NCBI GenBank assembly: GCA_034660095.1
Contig: JAYEIM010000221.1
Span: forward strand, 853 to 64,852
Length of the DNA stretch: 64,000 nt
Direction of reading: 5' to 3'
Source: Campylobacterota bacterium
Lineage (GTDB): Bacteria; Campylobacterota; Campylobacteria; Campylobacterales; Arcobacteraceae
A program made the translations under genes and the position numbers. Under the pieces are notes generated by a model, which saw only the letters and a list, made by a program, of their open reading frames with translations, was not told the origin of the DNA and made no database searches. Within the stretch, counting starts at the first letter, position 1. Every line of letters begins with the position of its first letter. This document shows, in pieces, positions 9,434-19,206 of this stretch.

Positions 9434-10315
9434 TTAATTGTCAAAAATATTTTCAATAATTTGTTCTATCTCTTTTAAATTATTTTGCAATGTATGTGTT
9501 TTTGCTATTTTATTGTTCTCTTTTTTAATCTTTTTTAACTCATCATTACTTAGTAGGAGTGCATCAACTTTAAAAGATGTGCTTGGATCATCAACTCCTC
9601 TTATTAGTGAAAAAGAATCTACAAGTTCAGATGATGCATTTGATTTCATAACAAAAACTGCACATTTAAAATACATAGCTTTCAATATATTTGGTACAAA
9701 TAGTTTTTGTTTCGTTGGTAAAATAAATATATCTGACACTATAAAAAGTTGCTCTTTATCCTCATAGTTTTCAAGTAAAATAAATGTATCTATCATCTTT
9801 GTTTTATCTATTTTTATACGAACACTTTCTAACTGTTTAGAATCTGTATCTATTATCACTTTGAAATTGTTTCTATCTAAACCCTCTATAATTTTAAAAA
9901 ACTTATCTATACCACTTTGTTTTAAATCTTTACCTGTAAAATAGATAAGTCTAGTATTTTTAGCAATTGAGTGTTCTTTTCTAAAATCTTTTCTAGTTTG
10001 TTTATCATATTTTATTTTACTATTTATATATGGATAGATTATATCAATTTTTCTTTGAGTTATATATGGTTTTTTCTTTATAATTTCATCTTTTATATAT
10101 TGTGAATTTACTATTATTTTAGATGAGTTTTCAACCAAACTTAATGCATATTCATTTACAACACCTTGATGAAAATAGATATCAGGATATATTTTATCTT
10201 TTAAAGTTAGTTTTTCAAAAAATGTTTGCTCTTTGTGGTAATCTACTTCATACTTAGATTCTAAAGCTTGTGTTAGTTGTGTTTTATTTTTAATTGCTAT
10301 ATGTATTTTATTCAT
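9434..10315 (-). CDS. Glycosyltransferase family 4-like protein
   Basis: IIVNS, IYFTGKDLKQSG, SDIFILPT...LKAM GT-B C-terminal domain pattern. Confidence 0.75.
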   Translation of the reverse strand: MNKIHIAIKNKTQLTQALESKYEVDYHKEQTFFEKLTLKDKIYPDIYFHQGVVNEYALSLVENSSKIIVNSQYIKDEIIKKKPYITQRKIDIIYPYINSKIKYDKQTRKDFRKEHSIAKNTRLIYFTGKDLKQSGIDKFFKIIEGLDRNNFKVIIDTDSKQLESVRIKIDKTKMIDTFILLENYEDKEQLFIVSDIFILPTKQKLFVPNILKAMYFKCAVFVMKSNASSELVDSFSLIRGVDDPSTSFKVDALLLSNDELKKIKKENNKIAKTHTLQNNLKEIEQIIENIFDN

Positions 10316-10339
10316 ATAGCAATTATACCAAAAGTCTAA

Positions 10340-10726
10340 TTATACTTTTAAATCTTTTGCCCAAGACTCCATTAAGTCATGTAGTTGCTCTTTTGGAGCT
10401 TCAATAAAATCTATCACAAATCTATCTTCAAGTTCACTAATACCTATACTTCTAGGTCGTGCTGCTAATATTTTTGTATTTGGTATCGCTGGTCCAAAAC
10501 AAAATATAACATTTTGTGCATCTTTCATCCCTTCCATAATTGGTCCATCTAAACTTGTAGTGTGTGAATAGTGATCAAATACTGCAATAAACTTTGCTAT
10601 TGGATGATTCTCAATTTTAGCTTTGAAATATTCTATAATTTCTGGAACATTTTTTTGTTTTACTTCTGTTTTTAATAATTCTAGCGAATATACTGGATAT
10701 TTATCCATAAAAATTTCTTTTTTCAT
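10340..10726 (-). CDS. Conserved hypothetical protein (DUF6858-like)
   Basis: MDKYPVY, FDHYSHT, IFCFG...RPRSIG pattern recalled from this family. Confidence 0.7.
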   Translation of the reverse strand: MKKEIFMDKYPVYSLELLKTEVKQKNVPEIIEYFKAKIENHPIAKFIAVFDHYSHTTSLDGPIMEGMKDAQNVIFCFGPAIPNTKILAARPRSIGISELEDRFVIDFIEAPKEQLHDLMESWAKDLKV

Positions 10727-10744
10727 TTTTCTTGTTTCCCTTTT

Positions 10745-11308
10745 TTATTTATTGAATGTTACGAAAGACTCTATGGCACATTGAATACTTGCAGGTATAT
10801 CATCACCTTGTTTATTCATAAAGTCAATTTGTGATTGGTATAATAATTTGTTGTTTGTGTTATAAAATTTATATACAACATAACCTGCATAAAGTTTACT
10901 TTTTTTAGTTTTTTTACCCGGGTCTCCAACATCATTTTCATATATGTAGTATGATATTCTTAGCTTTTCATCATCAGGTTTATTTTGTTTAACATTTTCT
11001 TTTAGTATGTTTGATGTAACTTCATCCATATCAGATAGCTTTACAAAATCAAATAGTTTAGATGGAACATATTTTGACTTTTCTACATAAGATGAAAATT
11101 TATAGTTACCATTTTCCAATTGATTTTGTGCTTTTTTGATAAGCTCATCACCAAAACCTCTTTCAAAACTTGTCATCTTTTGTTGACATAAAATTCTTTT
11201 AGCTTTTCCTGATTCTGGTACTCCGCTTTTAGATGGTATATCTGATGTTTGCATAATTAATATTGCAATAACAAAAACTACTACAAATATGATAAGATTT
11301 GTTTTCAT
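10745..11308 (-). CDS. Hypothetical exported/membrane-anchored protein
   Basis: N-terminal hydrophobic helix; ENDVGDPGKK...KLYAGY motif. Confidence 0.7.
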   Translation of the reverse strand: MKTNLIIFVVVFVIAILIMQTSDIPSKSGVPESGKAKRILCQQKMTSFERGFGDELIKKAQNQLENGNYKFSSYVEKSKYVPSKLFDFVKLSDMDEVTSNILKENVKQNKPDDEKLRISYYIYENDVGDPGKKTKKSKLYAGYVVYKFYNTNNKLLYQSQIDFMNKQGDDIPASIQCAIESFVTFNK

Positions 11309-11312
11309 AAAT

Positions 11313-12278
11313 TTACTCCTGTATACATATATCGTGTTTATTCATATGTATTATTGTTTGATATATTACTATTGCAATCACAACTGTAACAACAGTAACC
11401 ATAGTATATGATAACATAAGAACAATTGGATCTTGTGTTTTTACATACATAAGCATTGAAGCTATTGCCATAGCAGCTATTGGAAATACAAATGCCCACC
11501 AAGATATAAAAAACTTAATTTTCATAAAGTTTTTATACATAAATGCAACCAAAAATGTAAAAAACAGTGCTATATTAAATAAAAATATTGCAAAAAAATC
11601 AATCTGTCCATACATTTTAAAATATGCAATAAATCCAACAGCAGGAGGGGCAATTAGTATAAACATAGTAGGCATAAATTTAACAGCGAGTTGATGATGA
11701 AAAATAATTCTATTTAAAATAATAGACAATAATACTATCCAAAAAAACATCCCAACACTGTAAAAATACATAAGTACTCCAGTACTAGCAAAGCCAACAC
11801 CAGCAACTGGAACTAAAACATTTCCAACTATTGGTATAAACCATGCTGGGTTTGAATGTGCTAGCTCTTGATTGTCATTTATCCAAAAAGCGATTGTGTG
11901 CATAGTAAGATAAAAATGTAAAAGTGTCCCTGGGTACCAAAAAATTGCACTTATTGTTGGATATGCCTCTTTATATATAATTGCTAACATTAGCATAGAT
12001 ATAGATATAGCCGCAAAAAAGTTTATTCTAATTGGATGGGCAAACTCTTTTTTTACTGCCATTTGATATTTAAAATATTTTATAACATATACAATCGTTA
12101 CAACTATAAATATAGCCGTAGTTATATACATCAAAACATCACCTATGATATGTGGAAAACTAAGCCACTCTCCAGCTTTTTGATATGTGATAGTCAATCC
12201 ACTCATCCCCATTACAATTGCGTACATCATAATTGGAAAAAATTTAAGTCTATTTACTTCTTTTGGTTGTGATTCCAA
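11313..12278 (-). CDS. SLAC1/TehA family anion channel (tellurite resistance/dicarboxylate transporter)
   Basis: About 10 TM helices; HPIRINFF, NPAWFIPIVG, FILIAPPA, SWWAFVFP. Confidence 0.9.
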   Translation of the reverse strand: MESQPKEVNRLKFFPIMMYAIVMGMSGLTITYQKAGEWLSFPHIIGDVLMYITTAIFIVVTIVYVIKYFKYQMAVKKEFAHPIRINFFAAISISMLMLAIIYKEAYPTISAIFWYPGTLLHFYLTMHTIAFWINDNQELAHSNPAWFIPIVGNVLVPVAGVGFASTGVLMYFYSVGMFFWIVLLSIILNRIIFHHQLAVKFMPTMFILIAPPAVGFIAYFKMYGQIDFFAIFLFNIALFFTFLVAFMYKNFMKIKFFISWWAFVFPIAAMAIASMLMYVKTQDPIVLMLSYTMVTVVTVVIAIVIYQTIIHMNKHDICIQE

Positions 12279-12305
12279 ATAAAATCCTTTTAGTATAAGT
12301 TTATC

Positions 12306-12364
12306 ATATAATTATTATAACTTATAATTTTGAAATTATACCCTCTTATTAATAATGATTATCT
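12306..12364. promoter_or_regulatory. Two Fur/PerR-like 7-1-7 palindromes flanking the -10 of the SLAC1 gene
   Basis: On the - strand: AGATAATCATTATTA (12364-12350), GGTATAAT -10, TTATAATAATTATAT (12320-12306). Confidence 0.45.
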
Positions 12365-12368
12365 TAAA

Positions 12369-12569
12369 CTAGTTTTTAATAATATTTATACCTGGATTTT
12401 CTTTTGTACCTACATACTCATCTGTTGAGCTATAAGTAAATTTAAAATATCCATAAGTTACTGCTACAACTATACAAAACAATACCACTAATTTTACTGT
12501 TTTTCTTTTTTGCGGTGATTCGTTATCATTATAATCTTCTATTTGTTCTAGTGTTGGTTCGTTTTCCAT
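12369..12569 (-). CDS. Small single-TM hypothetical protein
   Basis: 66 aa with AAGGA RBS; EPTLEQIEDY motif and one TM helix. Confidence 0.75.
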   Translation of the reverse strand: MENEPTLEQIEDYNDNESPQKRKTVKLVVLFCIVVAVTYGYFKFTYSSTDEYVGTKENPGINIIKN

Positions 12570-12597
12570 TGTTTAAATCCTTGTGTTAAATTAAAAT

Positions 12598-12633
12598 TAA
12601 AAAAGCCAGAAGTGTGTCGCTTCTGGCTTTTTT
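12598..12633. terminator. Bidirectional-type intrinsic terminator
   Basis: AAAAAAGCCAGAAG-tgtgtcg-CTTCTGGCTTTTTT. Confidence 0.85.
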
Positions 12634-12685
12634 GTCAAACCAAAGTTATGCAATTGGTTTAAAAAGGAGAGTGTATGAACACTTT
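12598..12685 (-). ncRNA. Candidate ~88-nt sRNA with an exposed anti-SD sequence (or attenuator leader of the 66-aa gene)
   Basis: -10 TATACT at 12695-12690; hairpin AGUG-uucaua-CACU; single-stranded CUCCUUUUU; hairpin AAACCAA...UUGGUUU; strong terminator. Confidence 0.55.
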
Positions 12686-12824
12686 TGAAAGTATAGTGCA
12701 AGATTTTTAAATCACTCTTAAGATATATTTCTAACTTATATTTATTATAAAAAATAGTAAATTTTAATAAAATAGCAGTATTTAGAAAAAATTAAGTATA
12801 ATTATAATGAATAAAAGGCTTAGT

Positions 12825-15740
12825 ATGAAAATCAAAAAATCAAATTATCTATTAGTTTTTATTTTACTATATTTCATAGTTGGAATATTTATTACTAATA
12901 GTTATACAAATAAAGTGAATGATCATTTAGATAGAAGAACAAATAAGTACTTAGAAAATTACAATGCATTGTATCATGAATATAAAAAAGTAGCCCAAAT
13001 TCTGTTTTTAACACAACTAAATACACCAAAAGCAAAAAATATATTTGCAAATGCCACATCTACCAACGAAAAAATAAAAAATAAAGCCAGAGACGATTTA
13101 TATAATGCTTTAAAAAAAGATTATGATTTATTAAAGCCTTTCCATATAAAACAACTTCATTTTCATTTACCAAATAATGAAAGTTTTTTAAGATTTCATA
13201 GACCTAAAAAATATGGGGATAATCTCACAAACTTCAGAGAAACTGTTGCCTATGTTAATAAAAATCAAAAAGCAGTAGATGGATTTGAAGAGGGGAAGAT
13301 TTACAATGGATTTAGGTTTGTTTTTCCATTATCTAAAGATAAAAAACATATAGGTAGCGTTGAGATTTCATTTAGTGGACTCTCTTTTGTTTCAGACTTT
13401 GTTGAAAAGTATAATGTAGCTTCAAATCTACATATATCAAAAAACATTGTAAATACTAAAGTATTTAAAAGTGAAAAATCAAACTATATATCATCGCCAT
13501 TTAAAGAGTTTTATATAGAAAAAGATATTTACAATAAAGTATCCAAAACATTCAATATCACCAAAAAGCCATCTATAGAGTCGCAACAAATAGTTACGAA
13601 GTTTATAAATAGCGATAAAGCATTTTCAACAATTGATGAAGACAGAGCTGTCTTGATGACATTTATTAAGATCAAAAATCCTATTCGTAAAAATATCAAT
13701 GCAATGTTTAGTATAAGAAGTGATATACAGTACATAAATAGTGTTAGAGGTAATTATTATATTATGATGCTAATTAGTTTTTTTATCTTAGTAATATTTG
13801 TATATTTTATCTACAGAGAGTTTAAAAAGAAAGAGCAGTTATCTATAGCCCTTAAAAGAGTACAGTATAGCCAGATGTATCAAAAAGCAGTAGAGAATGC
13901 ATCTCCTAATATTATTATGTCATCTATTGGACATAGTATTTACACTGGAAATAAAGCATTTTTAGATTTTACAGAGTTTGATACTTTAAAAGATTTTAAA
14001 AAACAATACAATTGTATTTGTGATTTATTTTTAGAACGAAAAGGTTACCTTCAAAAGTTAAAAGATAGTGAGGATTGGTTTGACTATATGGAAAATAGAC
14101 CAGATGTTCAACATAAAGCAATTATGTTAAAAAATAATCAAGAGCATATTTTTTTAGTAAATGCAAATCGTATATATATAGACAATAAAAAAAGATGTAT
14201 GGCAACACTTATAGATATTACAGAGATAGAAAATTTAAAAGATAGATATGAAATGGCTATAAATGGTACCAATGATGGACTTTGGGATTGGGATCTTGTA
14301 TCTGGTGATTTATATTTTTCACCTCAGTGGAAACGACAATTAGGTTATAAAGATGATGAACTAAAAAATGAACTGAAAACATGGGAGGAACATGTTCATC
14401 CAGAGGATAAAGAGCATGCAGTCAAAGGCTTTACTGCTAATATGGAGGGTAAAACTAAAGTTTATGAAAATAAACATAGACTTAAACATAAAGATGGCTC
14501 ATGGGTATGGATACTAGATCGTGGAAAAACTATTTTCAATGAAGATGGAAAAGCTATAAGAATGGTTGGGTTTCATACAGATATAACTAAAGAGTATGAG
14601 GCAAACCAAGAGATTATGAAACTACAATCTGCATTTGAGAGAAGTCCTATATCTATAATTATGACAGATATAGATGCAAATATAACTTATGTCAATCCAA
14701 ACTGGTGTAAAATGACAGGTTACAGTAAAGATGAAGTTATGGGTACAAATCCACGATTATTACAATCTGGAAAGGTAAATAAAGGTGGATATAAAGCGAT
14801 GTGGGGGAAAATATCAAGTGGAAATGCATGGTCAGGAGATGTTCAGAATAAAGCAAAAGACAGGTCGTTATATTGGGAAGAATCAACAATTTTACCATCT
14901 TTTGATGCTTTAGGAGAAGTAAATGGTTATATTGGATTTAAACTTGAAATTACACAAAAAAAGAAACTACAGCTAGAACAAAGAGAGATAAAAAAAGAAC
15001 TTTATGAAAAAGAGGAGATGATGATAGCTCAATCTCGTCACGCAGCAATGGGTGAGATGATATCGATGATAGCTCACCAATGGAGGCAACCTTTAAGTGT
15101 TATATCAATGGGTGCAAATAATATTATGGCAGATGTTGAGCTTGATATGGTAGATAATGATGAACTAAAAGAGTTATCACAAGATATTATTGCACAAACA
15201 AATGAGTTATCTAGAACAATAGACGATTTTAAAGAGTTTTTCAAACCTAATAAAGTTTCAGAAGTTATACTAATATCATCTATATTTGATAATGCCTTTA
15301 ATGTAGTTGGTAAATCTTTAGAAAATAATGATATAGATGTGATAAAACAATTTAATAGTACAAAACAAATCGATACATATAGTAGAGAGTTGATGCAAGT
15401 TTTTATAAATATACTTAAAAATGCAAAAGAGATACTTGTTGAAAATAATATTAAAAATAGAAAAATTATCATATCAATAGAGGATAAAAAAGATTTTGTA
15501 CAAATAGAGATATCAGATAACGCAGGAGGAATACCACAATGGGTAATACCAAAAATATTTGACCCATATTTTAGTACAAAAAGTGAAAAAACAGGCACAG
15601 GTCTAGGACTATATATGTCCAAAACAATTGTAGAGAAACATCTTCATGGAACACTAGAAGCAACAAATAAAAATGATGGTGCTTGTTTCAAGATAGAGTT
15701 ACCGTATATATTGAATAATAAAAATGATCCGAAAGATTAA
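12825..15740 (+). CDS. Cache-domain, multi-PAS sensor histidine kinase (ORF track start 12807)
   Basis: QLHFHLPNNESFLRFH Cache motif, PAS domains (GLWDWD...VHPED), H-box IAHQWRQPL, N/G1/F/G2 boxes. Confidence 0.92.
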   Translation: MKIKKSNYLLVFILLYFIVGIFITNSYTNKVNDHLDRRTNKYLENYNALYHEYKKVAQILFLTQLNTPKAKNIFANATSTNEKIKNKARDDLYNALKKDYDLLKPFHIKQLHFHLPNNESFLRFHRPKKYGDNLTNFRETVAYVNKNQKAVDGFEEGKIYNGFRFVFPLSKDKKHIGSVEISFSGLSFVSDFVEKYNVASNLHISKNIVNTKVFKSEKSNYISSPFKEFYIEKDIYNKVSKTFNITKKPSIESQQIVTKFINSDKAFSTIDEDRAVLMTFIKIKNPIRKNINAMFSIRSDIQYINSVRGNYYIMMLISFFILVIFVYFIYREFKKKEQLSIALKRVQYSQMYQKAVENASPNIIMSSIGHSIYTGNKAFLDFTEFDTLKDFKKQYNCICDLFLERKGYLQKLKDSEDWFDYMENRPDVQHKAIMLKNNQEHIFLVNANRIYIDNKKRCMATLIDITEIENLKDRYEMAINGTNDGLWDWDLVSGDLYFSPQWKRQLGYKDDELKNELKTWEEHVHPEDKEHAVKGFTANMEGKTKVYENKHRLKHKDGSWVWILDRGKTIFNEDGKAIRMVGFHTDITKEYEANQEIMKLQSAFERSPISIIMTDIDANITYVNPNWCKMTGYSKDEVMGTNPRLLQSGKVNKGGYKAMWGKISSGNAWSGDVQNKAKDRSLYWEESTILPSFDALGEVNGYIGFKLEITQKKKLQLEQREIKKELYEKEEMMIAQSRHAAMGEMISMIAHQWRQPLSVISMGANNIMADVELDMVDNDELKELSQDIIAQTNELSRTIDDFKEFFKPNKVSEVILISSIFDNAFNVVGKSLENNDIDVIKQFNSTKQIDTYSRELMQVFINILKNAKEILVENNIKNRKIIISIEDKKDFVQIEISDNAGGIPQWVIPKIFDPYFSTKSEKTGTGLGLYMSKTIVEKHLHGTLEATNKNDGACFKIELPYILNNKNDPKD

Positions 15741-15837
15741 TTTAATAAATAAAAGATTGAGTTTCAATTTTTTATTAAAAGTAAAATATTCATATTTTTT
15801 AGTTATAATTACTTTATAAAATATAAAGGAGATCAAA

Positions 15838-16098
15838 ATGTATGCAGTTGAATTTCAAGCACCAATAGAAAATGGTGTTGTTCATATACCAAAACAATAC
15901 CAAGATTTACTTTCAAATACAAAAGCGACTTTTGTTGCCATGTACGATAGTGTAAACAACCACCATACTATCAACAATAAAACCCAAAAACAACTTGATG
16001 AATTTGATAGATTAGTTGCACAATCAGACAATAAAGTGATGGCAACAATGGAATTAGCTACAAATATAGATGATATGGTATTAGATGGAATACTTTGA
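15838..16098 (+). CDS. Putative antitoxin of a VapBC-type pair
   Basis: 86 aa; YAVEFQAPIENGVVHIP AbrB-like N-terminus; overlaps the downstream PIN gene. Confidence 0.75.
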   Translation: MYAVEFQAPIENGVVHIPKQYQDLLSNTKATFVAMYDSVNNHHTINNKTQKQLDEFDRLVAQSDNKVMATMELATNIDDMVLDGIL

Positions 16099-16507
16099 TA
16101 CAAATATCTATATTTATGCTTTTTGTAATAATATAGATGATAAAAACCAAAAAGAAATATCTAAAAAACTAATTAGAGAAGCAGTTCAAAACAACACTAT
16201 AATTGTATCAGAAATGATACTTTATGAATTTGCTTTTGCTTCAAAAAAATTAAAAGAAAATGATATTTTTATAGAACAGAATTTAGACTTTTTATCACAA
16301 TTTGTAAAACTTACAAGTGCTAAAATAAATCAAAGAGTTGTAGAGATACTAAAGATAAGTAAACAATATACTAGTTCATTTGATCTCTTTCATTTAGCAT
16401 TTTGCGAATACAATAATTGTAAATTAATTACATTTGATAAGGGATTTAAGAAGCTTCAAAATTTATCTAAAATAGAACTTATTATATTGAATAATAAAAA
16501 TGAATAA
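16085..16507 (+). CDS. vapC: PIN-domain toxin (VapC family)
   Basis: YFDTNIYIY, SEMILYEF, FDLFHLA, LITFDKGF acidic PIN residues. Confidence 0.88.
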   Translation: MEYFDTNIYIYAFCNNIDDKNQKEISKKLIREAVQNNTIIVSEMILYEFAFASKKLKENDIFIEQNLDFLSQFVKLTSAKINQRVVEILKISKQYTSSFDLFHLAFCEYNNCKLITFDKGFKKLQNLSKIELIILNNKNE

Positions 16508-16557
16508 TATAAAAAATTAAGAGTAAACTAAAAACTATAAAGGTATCATAACAAATC

Positions 16558-18663
16558 ATGAAACAAAATAAATATAACCTTATCATCGTATTAGTATTGG
16601 TAGTTTTTAGTGGTATATTGGTGTTTATTTCACACTCTATAACTCATGAAAAAGTTCGAGTGATGAAATATGAAAAATACAATAATCAAGTAAATAGTAT
16701 TAAAAATCAATTAAAACATCTTATTGATAGTAAAAAAGACTCCACTATGACTATGGCATTATCTTTAGCAGAAGATGTTACACTTAAAAAAGCTCTCATG
16801 GAGAAAAATTCAGATTTATTAAAGCTACAAGAGTTTTCATTTAAACTAAAAAATCTAACAAAATTTAAAAATGTATGGTTTCAAGTTATAGACAAAAAAG
16901 GCTACAGCTTTTACAGAAGTTGGTCAACTAAAAAAGGTGACCATATTGCTAAAAATCGAATTGATATTGTAAATATGATAAAAGACCCAAAAGTTATATC
17001 CACAATTAGTACAGGTAAGTTTGATATGACATTTAAATCTATGGTTCCTATTTATCAAGGTGATAAATTTATAGGTATGTTTGAGATTATCACACATTTT
17101 AATTCTGTCTCAAGATCTTTAGAATCTAATGATATTGATTCTGTATTTTTTGTAGATAAAAAGTACACAAAACAGCTAACAAAACCTTTTACAAATCTTT
17201 TTGTTGATGGATATTATGTTGCTAATTTAAATGCAAAACAAAAATTATTAGATATTATGAAAAAATATGGTGTAAAAAACTATATAAATAATAAAACTAA
17301 ATTTGAGATAGATAACAATATCAATAAACTGACCACAACATATAAAATACCAGATATTCACGGTAATAGTATGGGATATGTTGTACTTTTTCAATCATTA
17401 GATAAAATCGATATGGATGATGTAAAATATATCGAAAACAACTATATTGTGTATATAGTTTTTTCTTTATTGGTATTGTTTGCATTTGGCTATTATTTGT
17501 CAAATAGAAAATATACTAGTGATTTAAAAAATAGTTTAGATGAAGTAGAAAAACAAAAAGAGAAAGTGACTACTATTTTAGATGCCCAACCCACAATGAT
17601 TATTGTAAGTGATGGAGGTAGTATTCAAGAGGTAAATAGTATATTTTTATCTTTTTTCAAAGAGTTTAAAACATTAGATGAATTTAAATCTCACCATAAA
17701 TCTATTTGTGAATTTTTTGTAGATGTAGAAGATGATAATAGTTATCTAAGTAACAGTGAAGATTGGATTGAATTACTATTAAAAAATCCAAAAAATAGCT
17801 ATAAAATAGCTATGAAAAAAGATGATATTTTATACCACTATATTATAAATGCAGAAAAATCAAAAAACAATATCATTGATGATAAGTTAACTATCGTAAC
17901 TCTTATAGATATAACAAAAGAGAAAGAGAAAGACAAACTACTTTTTGAACAATCAAAAATGGCAAGTATGGGTGAGATGATAGGAAATATAGCACATCAA
18001 TGGAGACAACCATTATCTGTAATATCTACAGCATCAACTGGTATGAAAATGCAAAAAGAGTTTGATGCCTTAAGCGATGAACAATTCTACAAAAATTGTG
18101 ATATTATAAATGACAATGCTCAATATTTATCAAAAACAATTAGTGACTTTACAAACTTTATAAAAGGTGACTCTAAAGCTATAAGATTTGATCTAAAAAA
18201 TGATACTGATGCATTTTTAAAACTAATAGATTCTAGTATTAAAACACATCATTTAAATGTGGTTTTAGACCTAACAGAAGATATAAATTTAAATGGTTAC
18301 CCAAATGAACTGATACAATGTTTTATAAATATATTTAACAATGCAAAAGATATACTTGTAGAAAACAATAAAGAAAATAATAGATATATCTTTATATCTC
18401 AAAAGATTATAGATAATAATATTGTTATAAAATTTAAAGATAATGGCGGAGGGATACCCAAAGATGTTTTACCTCAAGTATTTGAACCATATTTTACAAC
18501 TAAACATAAAGCCCAAGGGACTGGACTTGGACTTCATATGACATATAATTTAATTGTAGATGCTATGAATGGTACTATTGAAGCTACTAATGAAGAGTTT
18601 AAATATAATGATAAACAATATATAGGTGCATGCTTTACAATAAAACTTCCATATAAAAGTTAA
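16558..18663 (+). CDS. Cache-domain sensor histidine kinase
   Basis: Two TM helices, periplasmic Cache-like domain, IAHQWRQPL, FEPYFTTK, GTGLGL. Confidence 0.92.
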   Translation: MKQNKYNLIIVLVLVVFSGILVFISHSITHEKVRVMKYEKYNNQVNSIKNQLKHLIDSKKDSTMTMALSLAEDVTLKKALMEKNSDLLKLQEFSFKLKNLTKFKNVWFQVIDKKGYSFYRSWSTKKGDHIAKNRIDIVNMIKDPKVISTISTGKFDMTFKSMVPIYQGDKFIGMFEIITHFNSVSRSLESNDIDSVFFVDKKYTKQLTKPFTNLFVDGYYVANLNAKQKLLDIMKKYGVKNYINNKTKFEIDNNINKLTTTYKIPDIHGNSMGYVVLFQSLDKIDMDDVKYIENNYIVYIVFSLLVLFAFGYYLSNRKYTSDLKNSLDEVEKQKEKVTTILDAQPTMIIVSDGGSIQEVNSIFLSFFKEFKTLDEFKSHHKSICEFFVDVEDDNSYLSNSEDWIELLLKNPKNSYKIAMKKDDILYHYIINAEKSKNNIIDDKLTIVTLIDITKEKEKDKLLFEQSKMASMGEMIGNIAHQWRQPLSVISTASTGMKMQKEFDALSDEQFYKNCDIINDNAQYLSKTISDFTNFIKGDSKAIRFDLKNDTDAFLKLIDSSIKTHHLNVVLDLTEDINLNGYPNELIQCFINIFNNAKDILVENNKENNRYIFISQKIIDNNIVIKFKDNGGGIPKDVLPQVFEPYFTTKHKAQGTGLGLHMTYNLIVDAMNGTIEATNEEFKYNDKQYIGACFTIKLPYKS

Positions 18664-18679
18664 TAGTGAGAAAATAGAT

Positions 18680-18959
18680 ATGAGTACTTTATCAAAATTG
18701 ATACAGCTTCAAATGGTGAAGAGGGATTAGAACTATATAAAAAAAATAGTTACGACTTAGTAATTACAGATATTCTTATGCCTAAAATGGATGGGATAGA
18801 GATGTCAAAAGAGATAAAAGAGATAAATCAGTATCAAAATATTTTAATCATCTCTGCATATTCAGATACTAAAGATTTTGTAACCTCTATAAAGTTAGGT
18901 ATCGATGGATATATAATAAAACCAATAGATTATGAGCAACTAAATTTAACACTTTATAA
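18680..18959 (+). pseudogene. 5' fragment of a response regulator (REC domain), frameshifted by an internal deletion and cut by a MITE
   Basis: ATG 18680 (MSTLSKL) is out of frame with KIDTASNGEEGLELY...LVITDILMPKMDG...YIIKPID; homology stops at 18959. Confidence 0.8.
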
Positions 18960-19206
18960 CGGACATTCCCAACACACAATCAGCAACAAGCCCATTGTTA
19001 AGGTATTTCTTTAAAAAATTAGTAGTTTTTTCGTGTGACTAGCGTATTTATAGGCTTTCATAGGAAATAGTATATCAAAGTATTTATAAAATATTAATAA
19101 TAAAAAAATATATACGCACGGAATTTTACTTTTAAAAATATTGCTATATCTCCTTGTTTAAAGGGATTATCCGAGGTTTTTACTTTACTACATGTGGGAA
19201 TGTCCG
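18960..19206. mobile_element. Non-autonomous IS derivative (MITE), 247 bp, 12-bp perfect terminal inverted repeats
   Basis: CGGACATTCCCA at 18960-18971 and TGGGAATGTCCG at 19195-19206; no transposase; sits exactly at the gene break. Confidence 0.8.
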
